The translations under genes and the position numbers were made by a program. Below the pieces are notes generated by a model. The model was given only the letters and a program-made list of their open reading frames with translations. It did no database searches and was not told the origin of the DNA. DNA of 63,808 bases, counting the filler, from Hyphochytrium catenoides (taxonomy: Eukaryota; Protista; Hyphochytriomycota), in assembly GCA_900088475.1 (NCBI GenBank). It is 13 parts of 13 records of this genome, joined end to end, with 100 filler letters (N's around TTAATTAATTAA, not from the genome) between each part and the next. Parts side by side here need not be neighbours in the genome. Positions count along the whole stretch, not along the records: positions 31,893 to 46,132 come from FLMG01000018.1; positions 46,233 to 50,846 come from FLMG01000786.1; positions 50,947 to 56,286 come from FLMG01000325.1; 10 more parts are not named here. One strand, given 5' to 3'. This document shows, in pieces, positions 37,496 through 52,035 of this stretch. Position 1 is the stretch's first letter. Every line of letters starts with the position of its first letter.

Positions 37496-38222
37496 GGCAG
37501 TCAGGAAGAGGAGACTTAAGCGACAGAGAGAGGTAATAGATACAGAGAGAAGAGAGAGAGAGAGAGGAAGAGGACAGAAGATATACGAGGAGGGAGAAAG
37601 GGAGGACGGCAGGTAGGCAAGTGCCAGGGACAGCCTTCTCCAGCTTATCAGAAGGACCCTGGTCGCTGCATAACCCTTAGACGCTTTTCAAAGCTTACTA
37701 CTAGGGCTCGGAGGCCTTACTGACTATCAAAAATCGGCCCTGTGAGTGATACTACGCAAGCGTACAGGACAAGAAAGAGAGAGAACATAGGAAAGAGAGA
37801 GTAAAACATCATAGCCCTCCTCTGCAGACAGAGATCCAAAGAGACCCGCAGATCTCAAAATTGGCGTTCTTTCTTGGCCTCTGAAGACCTTTGTTCGGGT
37901 ATCTCTATCTTCTCCCTTCTCATCTCTATGGATGAATCTCTTCATATTTAAAGGCGTCTCTGAAATCTGTCTCGATTTGCGTGGATTCTGTCTGTTCCCG
38001 CGTTGTGATTGAGAGCTTTTGACCGGTTGTGTGAGTTTGGCACTGAAAGGTTTTGACACAAGCAAGCAAGAATATTACTACTCCAGCGCCAAGGTAGAAT
38101 CATGGTTTTATCTGCTGAAACCTCAAATACTACTATGAAGGCGCTAACGGCCACTATTAGATGGCGGGAACGATGTTACTGATGAATTCAAAACTGAAGA
38201 GGACGGCGTCGTTCATCCTTTC

Positions 38223-38271
<49 letters not shown>

Positions 38272-40056
38272 AGCTTTCTCTCTTTCTCTCTCTTTCTCTC
38301 TCTCTCATAGGCTGTCAGCGGCGACTATTCTCCATCTGCGGATAATGCACGAAGAGCAGGCTTTTCCTTCCGACTCTTATTAGGGCAGGTTTAGCCGTAA
38401 CATGTCTTCCACATCATTGGATCTTCTGCCTCCTGAGCACCACTCCCAGCTCTCTTTTATTGTTGTCAGTGATGCCCTTCTCAATTCGTTTCTTTCTCTC
38501 TCATAATGGCAAAGTATGCAAGAGGAGTCCCTAGCCGCCGGTCAGCCTCCATCTTGCTGGTTGAGGTATGACCGCCATCTCTACCTGCCTCGGGCCCTCT
38601 TCCTCCTTGTCACTGTTTTTTGTTCGCTAGAGTTGTTGGTTTTATTCTTTCTCTGCTTATCTGCTACGAAGGCTGACTAGACAAGGCCCCGTATGCATCT
38701 CCTTCCTACTCCTTCTCTTCACTATCTTCTCTTTTACTTTTTCTTTTCTTCTCCTTTATCTCCGCCTTTTACTCTTTTCTGCTTGCTCGTCCACAGCCAT
38801 CTGTTTCCTCCTCCCTCTTTTTCACACCTTCTCTCTCCTAAGAGTGCTGGCATTTTTCTCCTTCACCATCGTCTCTGGTGGTTCTCTCGTCTCGTCCCTA
38901 TTGCTTTTCTATCAATACCTTTCCTTGGAAACAATTGCATTTCTCCACTTGGCTCTTTCTCTCTACTCTTCTATGAATTCTATCATGGCCGTAGCAGCAG
39001 CATCTTCTACTTTCTCTTCTGTCTAAGCTCTCAGTCTTCTTGCTGTCAGCCCTTCTGATGACGAACACTGAAACGTCATTCAGCGAAGAGGAAACGAGCA
39101 TCAAAGGACTCATTCTTTGATGTTATCAATATTGCCAGTAGGGTGCTTGCGGTACGTAGTAGAAGCATAATAGTTGTTTGCTACACGACGGAGTGGCTAC
39201 TTTGAGCTGACACCTGCTGCTGTCTCTGCTCCTCCTTCCTTCCCTGTTGGCTTCTTTTTGCTTCTTCCACTTCCCCTCACAATGGGCGTCGTCATTCATG
39301 GCCATAGTGGGAGAAAACCACAGCGAGTGTATCATTAGCGACGCTATCTTCCTCATCTGTGTACCGGTTAACCCTCATATTCCATATGGTGATTCCTAAT
39401 CTTATGGGACTTGCGAAACAGCAGTAGCAGTTAGATTTAGGGAGAGATAACGAAGTCCCGGTTCTCCTTCAGTGGAGAGAAGAGCAGAGAGCACAAGCTT
39501 GTGTTGTGAGTACGAGGAAGCAACTTTCCTTTATTGGAACGCCCTCCACCAACATAAGCCCACCAAACTGCATTATAACTCAGAATTTAAACGACGGGTA
39601 GCAAGCTAAGCCTAAGGCGCTGGGGATTGCGTGCTGATGGGGAAGACGACGTGCATTGACCGCTAAAGAGGAGACCCTCGGCCTACTACGCAGTGCGCTT
39701 CGTCCATCGTATCACCTTGATGATGGCGGTCTATCTGAAGCTGAGGGCCAGCTGTTCATCATCAACGAAGACAAACTGGCTACCGGCAACCACACCAAAA
39801 GGCCCTCAGTCCCTAGAAGGCAGGATGCACCCGCAGACTTCTTCTTGGTGAATCGATAGGAGCTCCGTAGTTCTACCCTTATTGATAAAGATGGCTACTG
39901 ACGAGTGCCTCGAGCTTCTTGAGAACTGCTTCGCTCGTTGAGGTGGGCGGTGTATGATGAGATGAACCAACAGTCGTGGTGGCTGCTGCTGAGACATGTC
40001 CAGTGTCCAGCGCTGGTGTGAAGCTTCTGCCTAAGTTGAAGACCAAATATAAGTAC

Positions 40057-40380
40057 TGTAGTAAGTACAACCATGGAGGAACCCCAATTTATCTATTTCC
40101 TGCAAGTGAGATCTACAGTTCTAGAGAGCTAATCTATTGGTACAGATTATTAGCTAGGGTTAGACCAAGTAGTTCTACGTATTTTGGGTACTTTGTGCAT
40201 ATTGAGACTTAAACTTAGGGCCAAGTCCGATCCAGCTTGTTACTTGCTACTTGGTACACACTCCAAGGCCACTTTGTGCATATGGAGACTTAAACTTAGG
40301 GCCAAGTCTGATCCTGCTTGTTACTTGCTACTTGCTACACACTGCAAGGCTCTACCGTACCGGCTCTTTGGATACCCGCA
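40057..40380. mobile_element. Possible solo LTR containing an 81-bp tandem duplication
   Basis: TG..CA termini flanked by agtac / agtat (5-bp TSD with one mismatch). The unit ctttgtgcata...caaggc is repeated at 40191 and 40272. Confidence 0.35.
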
Positions 40381-40784
40381 AGTATAGAACTTGTTTTCCC
40401 CCTTCACCGTTCACCTTTCCTCACTCTCTCTCTTTCTTTCTGTCTCTCTTTTCTCTCTGTCTTCCTTGCTTTACCTCCCCTTGACCTCTTTTTCTCTCTC
40501 TCTTTGCCTCTGTCTCGCGGCTCCCTTTTCTCTTTCGTCTCTGTCTCGGCTTTTAGTCCCCAGAGTTCTCCCCTCTTACTAACTTAGCGCTTCTCATCGC
40601 CCTGATGTACACAGGGCAGGAGCCAATTTTTCCTTGCAAAGAAGGGCCTTTTGCTAGCGTCTTCGCCCGCCTTGTGCCTCCTCTGTCTCTCTGCTGATGG
40701 CGTAGGACAGGATGCTCGTGGGACTCCTTGTCCGGTTGTTCTTTCTTCCATCGTCCCGCAATGATCCACAACTTTCTCTCCTCT

Positions 40785-40828
<44 letters not shown>

Positions 40829-41400
40829 TTTCTCTCTCGTTCTCTCTCTCTCTCTCTCTCTCTCCCTCTTCCTCTGCTCTTTTTGCTCAAGCTTTAGATG
40901 AGGGTAGGCCCTCGCCTCATAATTGGTTGCACGCAGCCCTCTAAACCTAGGTGCGGCACCAAAGCTGCTGCAAGGGAAGAAGAAGCGAAGAAGAGGCGGC
41001 CCCTTTGCTCTCTATCCTAACTTTCTGCCGGAAGACCTAGGAGGCCATCCCACTTGGCAGCCAAGCGATGTTCACTATCTTGAGAGTCATAACCAAGGGC
41101 TTCGCTGCTTTAGCAGCGTCATCTTCCAGTCGCCGACCATCCTCCGAAGGTTACATTGACTTCTGCTGCTAGGTGCTCGAAGCTGACGTAGTCGCTAAAG
41201 AAAGACCGCGGATGAGCCCTTGACTTTGCTGAGCTAGGATGCGGGTCTAGAGGTCAAAAGCTAGGCTTGTTACGGCCTGCAGTTGTCTGCCTGAAGTCCA
41301 AGAGGAGCCAAGCGGTTGACCTCCGGCTACTGAGGACTGGTAGAGGATCCACCAGCAGACAACAGGCACCACGGTCAGGAGCGATAAGAGACAATCTACC

Positions 41401-44400
41401 ATGGCTATGGGAGGAGAAGTAGGCGTGCTGCTGAGGAAGAACTGGCTCCTCAAGCGGCGAAAGTGGGTGAAGCTCCTGCTGGAGATCCTGCTGCCAGGCT
41501 TCATCATAGGCATATTCGCCTTCGTGAAGGAGGAAGCGGGATTCTATACTCGAAATGTAAGGCGTTACGCTCCTTCGATCATAGGAAAGCTCTCTCTTCA
41601 TTGGGCTCCCTTCATTACCTTGGTTTATTGCCCATTGGTCCTCTAAAGATAGAGCTCTAGCGCATTGTCTTCCACTATTCTTTTTGAGTTGTTGGTTCAC
41701 ATTGTCCCGTCGGCCTCTCTCACTTGATCCGTCTTCTGTCCTCTGACACTCTCCGGCTCCTGCAGTACTCAGCTGGCTATGGAAGAAGAACTTGGCCGCT
41801 TGGCAATGATTAGTAAGCTTTCGTGACTTCTTAGATTTTTGAATGACTCGGTCTAACCTGACTTGCTGCCCTCGCCCTTTGCAGCCTCGCCACAGATCCC
41901 TACTTTGTGAGCGGAGCGATATCGGAATCGTCTCTCTCTTCTTTCCTGCTGCATCTTCCTCTTATGGCCGTCTTCACCCTGCCGCAAGAGCAGGTTATCA
42001 GTGGTAACACTTCACGGCTCATCCCATGTATGGACATTCTGAATGGCAATGTAAGTTACCGAGCGGGTGTCGATTGCCAGGCCTTTGCCACTTTTTTGCC
42101 TCAGTTTCCGGTAATTCCTTCAAGGTTCAGCTGTCCTCTTCTCCTCTCCTCCCTTTCTGATCTCCACAATCTTCAGCCCATCTGGTCTCTAGCCAGGTTG
42201 ACACGTTGCTTTTCTGGCGGCATACCGCGCTTTCTGCTGGTACTAGTTTGCCCCTCGCTTGGCCTCTTGTCCCTTGTTTCCATATCTCGCTCGCTCACTC
42301 TTGCTCTCTTGATACTACCGGTCACCGGTGGAACTCATAGCGCTGTCTCTTACGCCATGGTGCTTGATGTCTCTCTCTTCTAATATGAACAGGTGGAGTC
42401 GTTGTCTCCCGCTTGCCCCTTGGTCGTACCGCGCATCGGCATTGTGACGAAGGACGTTGCATTCTACGACTATTTTAACCGCGCCATGGGCCTGTGGTAC
42501 CCGAGCATCAGATGGAGCAGCAAGGTGGCGTTCCGCTCTCCTCGCTGGCGGGACGTAGTAAGGCGGTTTGACGACGACCGAGAGCTTACAGAGTACATTA
42601 GACAGCCAGGCTACGGCTCTCTCTCATCTCCCGTCATCGCTGCAGCTCTCTCCTTCAATAAAGTTCCAGCCAATGGCTCAGGAGATTGGGACTTCAGCAT
42701 TCGACTCAACGCTTCTACTGACATCCTGTCAGGCGTACCGGACGTGGTTGATACATCGCTAGCGCCAGCCAATGCTGAAGAAAGAGCACTAGACCTCGAT
42801 GTACGTCTTTTCCCTCTCTCATTTGTTTATGGGTGGAACATCGTCTCGTTTCTCGAGTGCTGGTCATCTGTTGCTTTGTTCCTAAAGATCTTCTCTGTCA
42901 TTTTGTGGGCTTCAAGGCTGGACTGGGTGGTGTTGGACGTCTAGCCTTTAACTTACTTTCTCCTTGCTCTTGACTTACTTTGTCCAATGCATCGCCTTTT
43001 CCCCAGAGCTTACATGCCTCTGTTTATCCATCTGCAAATATTTATTACTACTTTTCTATGTTTTACACAGTCATAACCCCTTCCCTCTCCTTATCATGCA
43101 GTCCTTTCGGATCTATGCGCGAGAGGGCTTCAATACCCTGATGACCGCAGTTAATCGCTTCATCATCTGCAACCCTGACCCCGCCACTCTCATGTGCCGC
43201 AACGAGAAAGCCGTATCTATAATGCCAGCCGGACTATTCAACGACCTAACCAAGAAGTACTTCCAGAGAGACACGCTCTTTACCGCTAGTGCGAACTATC
43301 TTAGGCGCTTATACCCAGGATTTGACCTCAAAGATATTTCGGCTGAGGAAGTTGAGAAGCTTGCTGTGCCCCTTCGCATCGCTCCTCAACCTACTCTCTT
43401 CTCGCGGACAGTTGCCTTTCCTCGGCAGCCCTATGTTGAGCATGAGTTCTTCAGATATTTTACGGATGTTCTTCCTATTGCCTTTCTCTCGGCCTTCCTC
43501 TACAGTGCAGCGAGGCTTATGTCTGCTCTCATCGCCGAGAAAGAGCTTCGCCATAGAGAGTATCTGAAGATCTTAGGGGTCTCGGGCGGATCCATTGTTC
43601 TATCCTGGTACATTACCTATGGAATCGTCTTTCTCTTCGCTACTGCAGGCATTCTGGCGGGCGCCATAGTGATCTTCCCGAACTCTGACCCAGTGCTTCT
43701 CTTCCTCCTGCTCTTCGGGTTTGCACTGGATGTCATTGCATTCTCCTTTATGATGTCCACCTTCTTTGACAAAGCGCGGCTGGGATCCCTTGTCGGCACC
43801 ATCGTGCTTTTTGCATTCTTCTTCCCTTACTACTCCGCCACGAGTTCAGGACTCAGCTCAGCTTCCAAGCTAGGCTGGGCCCTTCTGGCACCATGCAACC
43901 TTGGCCTAGGTATCGGCAGTATTTTGGGGCCGCTGGAGCAATATGACATGGGAGTGACTATGGAGAATGTTGGCCAGTTGGTGAACGGTTATCGCTTCTC
44001 TTGGTGTCTGGTGATGGCGTACGTTGACTTTGTCCTGTACACACTGCTGGGCTTCTACCTCGATCAGGTGCTGCCTAAACAGTGGGGAACACGCAAGCCT
44101 TGGAACTTTCTCTGTCTAATGGGGCGACAGCGATCTGCGCCAGAAATTCCAAGCGCACAGGCTCCATCAGTGGAGGATACAGAGCAAGGATCTGGCGGAT
44201 ACAGATACGTCAGGGAGCCTGTGGGTCTGGCGCTGAAGCAGCAAGAAAGAGACGGGAGGGCGCTGGTTGTATCAGAACTGAGGAAAGAGTTTGGCTCTTC
44301 TAGAAAGGCTGACGATCTGAAGATTGCAGTGAACTCTATCAGCATGAGCATGTACCAGGGCGAGGTCACCTGCTTGCTGGGCCACAATGGCGCAGGTAAT

Positions 44401-45375
44401 CTGCAACTTGCAGCTACCTTTCTCCAGTCTTCTCTCTCATTGTCTCCCTTTACCTCTATCCTATCGTTTCTGGGGCTGCTCCTCTATTCTTTCTCCCATC
44501 TCCGCAAGACTCTCTTCTGCTCTTATCCACTCGCTCACGACTTATCCTAGGCAAAACAACTACTATGAGTATGCTCACTGGCATGCTGGAGCCCACCTCT
44601 GGCACTGCGCGGTTCAGTGGCTATAACATCCACGCCAACATGCCAGACTTCCGCCGCTCTCTTGGTTACTGCCCTCAGCACGACATTCTCTATGAGCAAC
44701 TAACAGTCAGACAGCACCTGGATATGTTCCTTCGTCTCAAGGGCAGAAAGGGTGAAAGGCTTCGAAGTGATCTTGTTCGGATCGTGGAAGAGGTGGGGCT
44801 TAAGGGAAAGGAGAAAGCGCTGGTGGCAGAGCTGTCTGGAGGGATGAAGAGGAAGCTTTCCGTGGCTCTGGCGCTGATGGAAGGGAACAAAGTGGTCTTT
44901 CTGGATGAACCCACCAGGTTGGAAAGAATGTTCACTAAGTTCTACGTTCTTTCTTTTCCCTCACGGGCTCAGCACCTTTGACAGACTCAGCATAAAAAGT
45001 GTGCCAGCCTCTTCCCTCCTACCTTTCGCTCAAGGCAAGCGCCTGAGGGCCGGCTCCGCGTCTCTATTGGAAAACTTCTTAGCTATAACTTTTCTGCTCG
45101 GTTTACCTTGATAGCGTCCAAGTATCTTTGGCAGAGTGATAACACCCGTCTCCTGTTACTTCTCATTCTCTCCTGCAGCGGGGTGGACCCATACTCACGG
45201 AGAAGCATATGGAAGCTGATCACAGAGAATAAGAAGGATAGGAATATCGTCCTCACGACACACTTCATGGTACCTTGCGCGATATAACACTGACGATCTG
45301 TATCCTAGTTCCTCGAAGCATTGTCATCTTGCTTATGACTCACCTGGCGTGTCAGTCCTCACCGTGCCGACGTCC

Positions 45376-45421
<46 letters not shown>

Positions 45422-46132
45422 CAGTGTCTCTCTCATCCTCTCTCTCTCTAAGATCTTGACTGCAAGTCTGCTTCTCTTTTCTTGCCCCTTGACTCTCTTT
45501 TCGCCTGCAAACTCCGCCTCGCCCTTTCGCTGGCTCACCTCACGGTCTTCTCTAGGATGAGGCTGAAGCCCTAGGTGATCGTGTCGCCATCATGGCAAAC
45601 GGCGACCTTGTCTGCTGCGGCTCGTCTCTCTTTCTCAAGGGCCATTATGGCATTGGTTATAACCTCACAATGATCAGAACGGGTCCTGGACCTGTTGATG
45701 AGCTCCGCTCTTTCGTAGCTCGAATGCTGCCTCCTTCCCAGTTCGTCTCCTGCTCCGGTGCTGAGGTGGTGTTCAAGCTGCCCTTCTCTGCCTCTCACCT
45801 ACTGGCGGACTTCTTCAGGGTGTTGAAGGATTCTATGATTGCTATTGGGATTGGTAGGGCGACCCCATTGCTTTTAGGATGTCCTTCTAGGACTTACTGG
45901 CTACCTTGCATCGATCTCCCGCTTTGCTTTCTACCGGTCTTCCTCACGCAGATGCTAATCATCGTTCTCCCTATTGTTTGTCTATCTTCAGTCAACTATG
46001 GCATAAGTGTGGGATCCATCGAGGACGTGTTCCTGCATATCGCGAGGGAGCACGAGGTTTATCTGGATAAGAGAAACACTCAAGCAATAGGGACAACTTC
46101 CCAGCAGCAGGTGGAGAGTGGGCTCTCTGTCT
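41401..46132 (+). CDS. ABC transporter subfamily A, N-terminal half (TMD1 + NBD1), 3'-truncated
   Basis: LLRKNWLLKRR start, EKELRHREYLKILG, YLDQVLPKQWGTRKPWNF, Walker A LLGHNGAGKTTT, LGYCPQHD, LSGGMKRKLSVA, DEPTSGVDPYSRR, LTTHFMDEAEALGDR. Confidence 0.95.
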
Positions 46133-46232
46133 NNNNNNNNNNNNNNNNNNNNNNNNNNNNNNNNNNNNNNNNNNNNTTAATTAATTAANNNNNNNNNNNN
46201 NNNNNNNNNNNNNNNNNNNNNNNNNNNNNNNN

Positions 46233-46720
46233 CGTAGCCTAGCGGCTGCCTCATGTACAGCTCCTCTTCCAGCACTCCATTTAGAAAGGCTGTCTTAAAA
46301 TCCATTTGGAGAAGCTTCATCTGCTTTGCAGCTGCCAAAGCTACTACGAGACGAATTGTGGCAAACTTTACCACCGGGCTGAAGGTTTCTTCGTAGTCAA
46401 CTCCCTCCACCTGGGTGAATCCCCTAGCTACCAGCCTGGCCTTGTGCCTTTGAACGTTGCCATCCTTATCTCTCTTTACTTTGAAAAAGCCATTTACAAG
46501 TAATAGCTTTTCTGCCCTTGGGCAGCTCCGCCAGTTCCCAAGTCTTGTTCTCCATGAGAGAGATCATTTCCTCGTCCATGGCTTCCCTCCACGTTTCCGC
46601 TGCTGGACCAGAGAGGGCTTCCTTGTAGCTAGCGGGCTCGTCGCTGTCAAGCACACTGTCGCTAACAGAGTTAGCAAAGTGAGTCACCATAAAATCTCTG
46701 ACCGGCGGTCGAGATCACTT
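46233..46720 (-). mobile_element. Ty1/Copia LTR retrotransposon reverse transcriptase fragment (one frameshift)
   Basis: [51 protein letters not shown] and [12 protein letters not shown] +1 frameshift lies in a homopolymer run near 46483-46488. Confidence 0.95.
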
Positions 46721-47074
46721 AATGGCTGGTGGACAGTTGATGTTCCATCCACGTTATTAATGGGATCGATGATCACTCTTTCTTTCTTACTTTCGCCCCA
46801 GTTAACCCTCTTCCTCTCTTTACCGCGGATAACCAGCCAGTCTTTGCGATGGGAAAGGATGCGTCGTCCTTATCGCTGATGGAATCAATGGCTCATGTGG
46901 CCCATCCGCCAGGCCTTCTCAAGCAGCAGCAGCTCTTCTCACTTGGACTAGTAGAACATTCAAAGTCCGCGGGTGAAGCAGTACTACTTTTACATCCAAT
47001 GGCGCTTACACTTCTCAACCTCCACTGGTCAAGGAGCTTCTAACGTCAGCATTAAAAGAGCAAGCAAGCAAACG

Positions 47075-47514
47075 TGTTATTAGCTTGACGAGTGGGCACG
47101 GTGCATTGCTCCGTGCACGATGATACGTATACACGGGACCCGAGTGGCTCTTCTGCTTCAAGTATTCTCGCAGCTAAGCTACAAACAAGCGAGAGCCTAT
47201 CACTTTCGTTCTGGCATAAACGGCTCAATCAACTCACTCAAGCACAGATTTATTAACCGGCTAGCCCTGCAGGCTTCCGGTCTAGCCCTTTCTAGATAGA
47301 GCTTCTCCGCAGCCCCCCTTAGTTGTGAGACCTGAGTTCTTGCTGAGCTATCGCGTAGCCTCTGCCCTTTCACGCTCAGTCTCGCAAGGCAACAGACTGC
47401 CTGATCGTTCTTCGGATGCTGACGTCGTTGGCACTATCAATACTAGCTACCACCTAATATGTGCATATTCTGAGAGTAGTAGGGGATGACACACTCTGAG
47501 GTGCTTCGTACACA
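47075..47514 (-). mobile_element. Possible LTR relic
   Basis: Minus strand shows a purine tract gaagggga followed by TGT, an internal AATAAA with a GT-rich stretch, and the end taaca. No TSD seen. Confidence 0.3.
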
Positions 47515-48871
47515 TCCCCTTCGCGGCAAAGGAGAAGCATTGCTACTAATTCTTAAGACCTACATATCCTTATGGGGAAACAGATGTGGTCAGTTTCGCA
47601 ATCCAATCACCCTCTTTATTTGCAGCACGGAGTGAACTCGGATCCAGTCAACGGGATCAAGCGATGGCGGCATCGTGATGTATGGTGCTTGGCGGTGGCG
47701 GCGATGAACGAAAGAAAATATACCCGATGATGATAACAAGAAGTTCCACGTTCTACTACGATAACGATCATTAGCAGCAAGAAGTAGTAGTGATGACGGC
47801 GGTTCGGTACTTTTGTCTCTTGGAGAGAGAGAGAGAGGGAGAGAGGGAAGAAAATGGGAAGAAGTCGTGTGCTTTCAGATCTCGCTTTGTTCAAAGTTCT
47901 CGCTTTGTCATCAAGGCGCCTCTTCTTCACTGTTACACTTACTGCCACCTTCTTCGTCCAACCATCCTCATACTACTTACTACCCGTCCTCCATCGATTA
48001 TAATCAAAGCTCATTGATCAGTACGTAGGAACTACTTAATACAGTTTCAAGTATCAAAGGCAAGATTGATGGCGAGTATTAACAAACTATACGTTCCATG
48101 GCTGGGAGATTAGCTATGGCCACTTGATTTTGTTTAAATCTGAACACGATCAAAACATGTCTAGAATGTGTTTCGACGCAAGGTTTGATCAAATCAGATC
48201 CATGATAAAAATGCTCGCAGTTCCAAACTCTGCTTCACGAGAGGAAGGAAGAAACCAGTGTTTCGGGACTTCTGGTAACTAGGTAGTAACCGCCAGGTAA
48301 AGCGTAATGGGAAGTCAGGAAACAGTAACTGTGTCTTGTCGATAATACTAGAAACCGTCACTAACGAGGGCAACAAAGACGACATGATAACTAGATGACG
48401 AACACTGAGGGTCCCACAAGCCCTGGACACTCGCTCTAACTATATCCGTACACCACCTACCCTAAAAAAGGAGGTTCATCTCCCATATCCTTATAACAGC
48501 TGGCACTCATGGCTATGGGCTGCATGACCCCGTGACCACAAGAAACACTCTGTGCCCGATGACGGGTCAGCACGCTAAAGAGATACGCTCCGATCGCGGG
48601 GGAGAGTTCGCTATTAGCAGTGCTGTTCTGTATGAGTACAATCCATATGAAACGATAAAACGGACTGAGTAGTGATAAATGAGATATCAAAGAATGACTG
48701 ATGAGGTTGGTCTGGTCTCCTCTGAAGATCTTTTCTCGTCAGCTTCCCTCATCAATTCTCTCTGCTTGTACCGGTGCGTTTACAAGAAAGAGTATATGGA
48801 TTTTTTCTCCTCATGACACCTCTCTTTCCCATAACACAGGTGTACCCGTAATGTCGTCTAGAGCTGTGGAC

Positions 48872-49142
48872 TGTTCAGCTTTCGACCCTTCACTATAGGA
48901 AGTTTGAGCTGGAGGGAGGTGTTGGAGTCTGAGGGGGCAGCTTGTAGTAGGAAACAAAATCTCGCCAACCTCGCTGTTCCTCGTACATCAAGGAACCTCT
49001 GGAATGAAACCCTAAAACCAAGTAATCTCTTACTAGCGGGTCTTCAGCATGCGGGGATGTGTTGAATGTTCAGCTTTCGACCCTTCACCATAGGGAGTTC
49101 GAGCTGCTGGGAGGTGATGGAGTCTGAGGGCACAGCTATGTG
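48872..49142. repeat. Diverged ~75-bp direct repeat, two copies 195 bp apart
   Basis: tgttcagctttcgacccttcac...ggagtctgaggg at 48872 and 49067. Confidence 0.75.
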
Positions 49143-49642
49143 GACTACAAGCTGGCAAGCTTAGCTGATGAATGTATGGGATTCGGAGACAATTATATTA
49201 TGTGTTCCTGCTCGGCTTATAAGCCTGAAAGGGTAGTCTCTAGATTGTGGGACCCTACTGGATTTAGGATCCTGAATACTACTGAGATGTATTCCTGCTA
49301 GAGAGTACCTGTTCTCTCCTAGTAATAACCCATAGATAACATTAGCGTCCACTTCTTCCTTTCATATCTCTGTTTTTACTTGGAGTTTGGGACTGTCAGT
49401 TGGCCAGTTGGTCTGGTACATCTTAGTTCTATGAAGTAAGACTCAGATAGTCCATACTTCAACACCTCCCCGTAGTTCCAAATATCTGTAGGTAAGAAAG
49501 ATTGAGGGGTTCAGTTACTCTGAGAGAGAGGATGGTCATATGGTGGGTATGTTGGGCACTAGATATATTATATATACTATATATCAAAGCCTCAGCTCCA
49601 AATTCCCAGTAGAAGCCGAAATATGAGCAAACGAAATGTCCC

Positions 49643-50846
49643 TGTTACGTCCATGGCTTATGGTCAGTACCGCGGAATACGTTTAGGGCTGATGTAGCGT
49701 TTAGAGCCTCTCGAAATGCTTCCCGAGACTCGTCTCTCTCGTACGCTACTGGTAGGCACAGAGGAAACCTTGGAAAGAACACTCTAGCGCAATGAACTGA
49801 AGTGCAGATCGTCTGGAAAATGTGAAGTGAGATTAGGATTAGCGCGCGGTGAGCGCGGGCAGTCGCACATCCCATCGCTATGTAGAAACATGCAAGATCT
49901 AGACTACTACTATCAGCTAAACATGCAAAAGAATGTTATCAAGAGTACCAAGTGTGGACTACCACTCCTGATAACGGACGTGACCCTTGGCTTGATGGAA
50001 ACATTCCCAACACTTTGATGAAAAGAAGGAAATGTTACATGCTCCCCTCCTTAAGCGCTTGCCATCCTCGGCAAGGAAAGTACAGCGAAAGCTACTAGTC
50101 AAGCCATCAGAATCAGGTTGAATGGTTGCCAAGCTAGAGAGTGAAGCGTTGACGATCATGAAAAATCCGAAGCGCTTCTTCACCATAGGGAATCAGATTC
50201 GCTTCAGGTCCCCAAGTGGCATCAGAGAGTGGATACCAAAGCCACTTGACAAGATATTGGCGATGGCGGCGATATTCGCGAGTCTTCGAAATCTTCTCGA
50301 CATGATAGTGAAGATCGTCACCAAGAGGGCCGCCAAACGGAGCTGGAGGAGGTTGCTTACGCCCTTGTAAGTGTTCCGGAGAAGGACGATAGGGTTCCAG
50401 CAACGAGACATGCAAAACTGGGTGAAGCTGATACGTTTTGGGCAATGTCAGCTTGTAGGCATCCTTACCAGTCTTCTGGAGAACTGGAAAAGGACCAAGG
50501 CGACGAGGTAAAAAGGTACGCTTCCCATCACGATTTTCCGGGTTTACATACCTTAGCCTTAAGCCAGACCAGATCCGTTGGGTTAAAAGTCAACTCTCTG
50601 CGAGAGCGGTTTGCGAGTCGGCTTGATAAGCTTGAGCATGAAGAAGTTGGTCTTGAAGGCAGAGGTGGATCTCCTTCAGTTGATCGAAGTGCCACGCTAG
50701 CTTAGGAACAGTAAGAACTAGTAGGTCAGCAGGTAGACAACTGGATACATCATAACCGTAATTTGCCTTGAAAGGTGTGCACTTGAGAGAGCTTTCAGAG
50801 AGTTATTCACCGCAAATTCGACGTAAGGAAGAAGTTCCTTCCATGT
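49643..50846 (-). mobile_element. Ty3/Gypsy chromovirus 3' end: integrase C-terminus, chromodomain, PPT and 3' LTR (about 49643-50039)
   Basis: LGPFPVLQKTGKDAYKLTLPKTYQLHPVLHVSLLEPY and chromodomain YHVEKI...QYLVKWLWYPLSDATWGPEANL. PPT aaggaggggag directly precedes TGTAAC at 50039, and the LTR ends ...gtaaca at 49643. The upstream part is degenerate. Confidence 0.9.
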
Positions 50847-52035
50847 NNNNNNNNNNNNNNNNNNNNNNNNNNNNNNNNNNNNNNNNNNNNTTAATTAATT
50901 AANNNNNNNNNNNNNNNNNNNNNNNNNNNNNNNNNNNNNNNNNNNNCAAGGGCCCCCCGGCACCGCGACAGCGGGCCTGCTACTTATTGGTTATTTATAA
51001 TAATAAGACAACAAAAGTCCGTATGAGCGCAGAAGATGACCAATGATGGGAACGAGACTCTATTACTACCGCACTCCCTGCAGCAGCAGTCCGCGGAGAA
51101 GCGAAGGGCGGGACCAGCAATAAGGTAGGACTAGTAGGAAGAAAAGGCAGAACCATTGGAGGTGTCAAAGAAGGCGGGAAGCCTCAATGGTGGGACAACA
51201 AGCCAACAACCGCGGGATAGTGTCATCACTTTTCCATTTATAGTATGTGAAGAAGAGGACCACCACAGACCGTATTTATGTTAAAGAACAACAAATTTCA
51301 AGAATTGATTGGACGGGTCATCTTCGTGCTACCACCTGCTACTTTCCCGCAGTACTACTCTAGCCTATATCCTTCCTCTTAACAACTGTTGTCGTCGTCG
51401 TGCTCCTCCTCCCACACCGCTTCTTCCTCCTCTTCTTGCTAACCAACCATCCATCACTACCACCCTCTTCTTCTCGTTGATGATCATTCTGGTTATTCTG
51501 GTCGTCCTCGTCATCATCATCTTCTCTTGTTCCCCGGAACTCCTCCTCCTTCTATTTCCTCTTTCTTCAACATCTCTTTCCCATCAACAGGGGACAGAGG
51601 ACAGGAAGAAGACGACAGGGATGACGACCCATTTGGGACCCCAACATAACAAAGGAAGAGTTAGGTTAGGTATTATGAAAGATTGGGACTCTACTACTTC
51701 TTAGAATGACTGTCATTTGGGAGACGGCAACAATGAGACTTTAGAATGAAGGTCAGAATGTATGTTACGCCGCGAAGGATGCAAAGATCACTAGGTACTA
51801 AAGAGTACCTCAATGGAGGAGAACACTGGACAATCACTCATCCAGTCTGGTTTTCTACTCCGTACTTCTTTGTAGAAATCTAGACCAATGACCTAGAGAA
51901 TGAAGAAGCCATCCAAGCACCTGTCCCCCTCTTGGAGCGAAAAGTGTATGATACCTCTCATTAATTGATTGACCCTCCTGATCGAAACACCCACGACATC
52001 GCCACCTGACAATCAGAACTGCCTGCTTTGTCAAG

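Noticed and set aside
46480-46490. Programmed frameshift in Copia RT (and near 57720 in Gypsy integrase)
   Set aside because: Both lie mid-domain in short homopolymer runs, so mutation or sequencing error is more likely.
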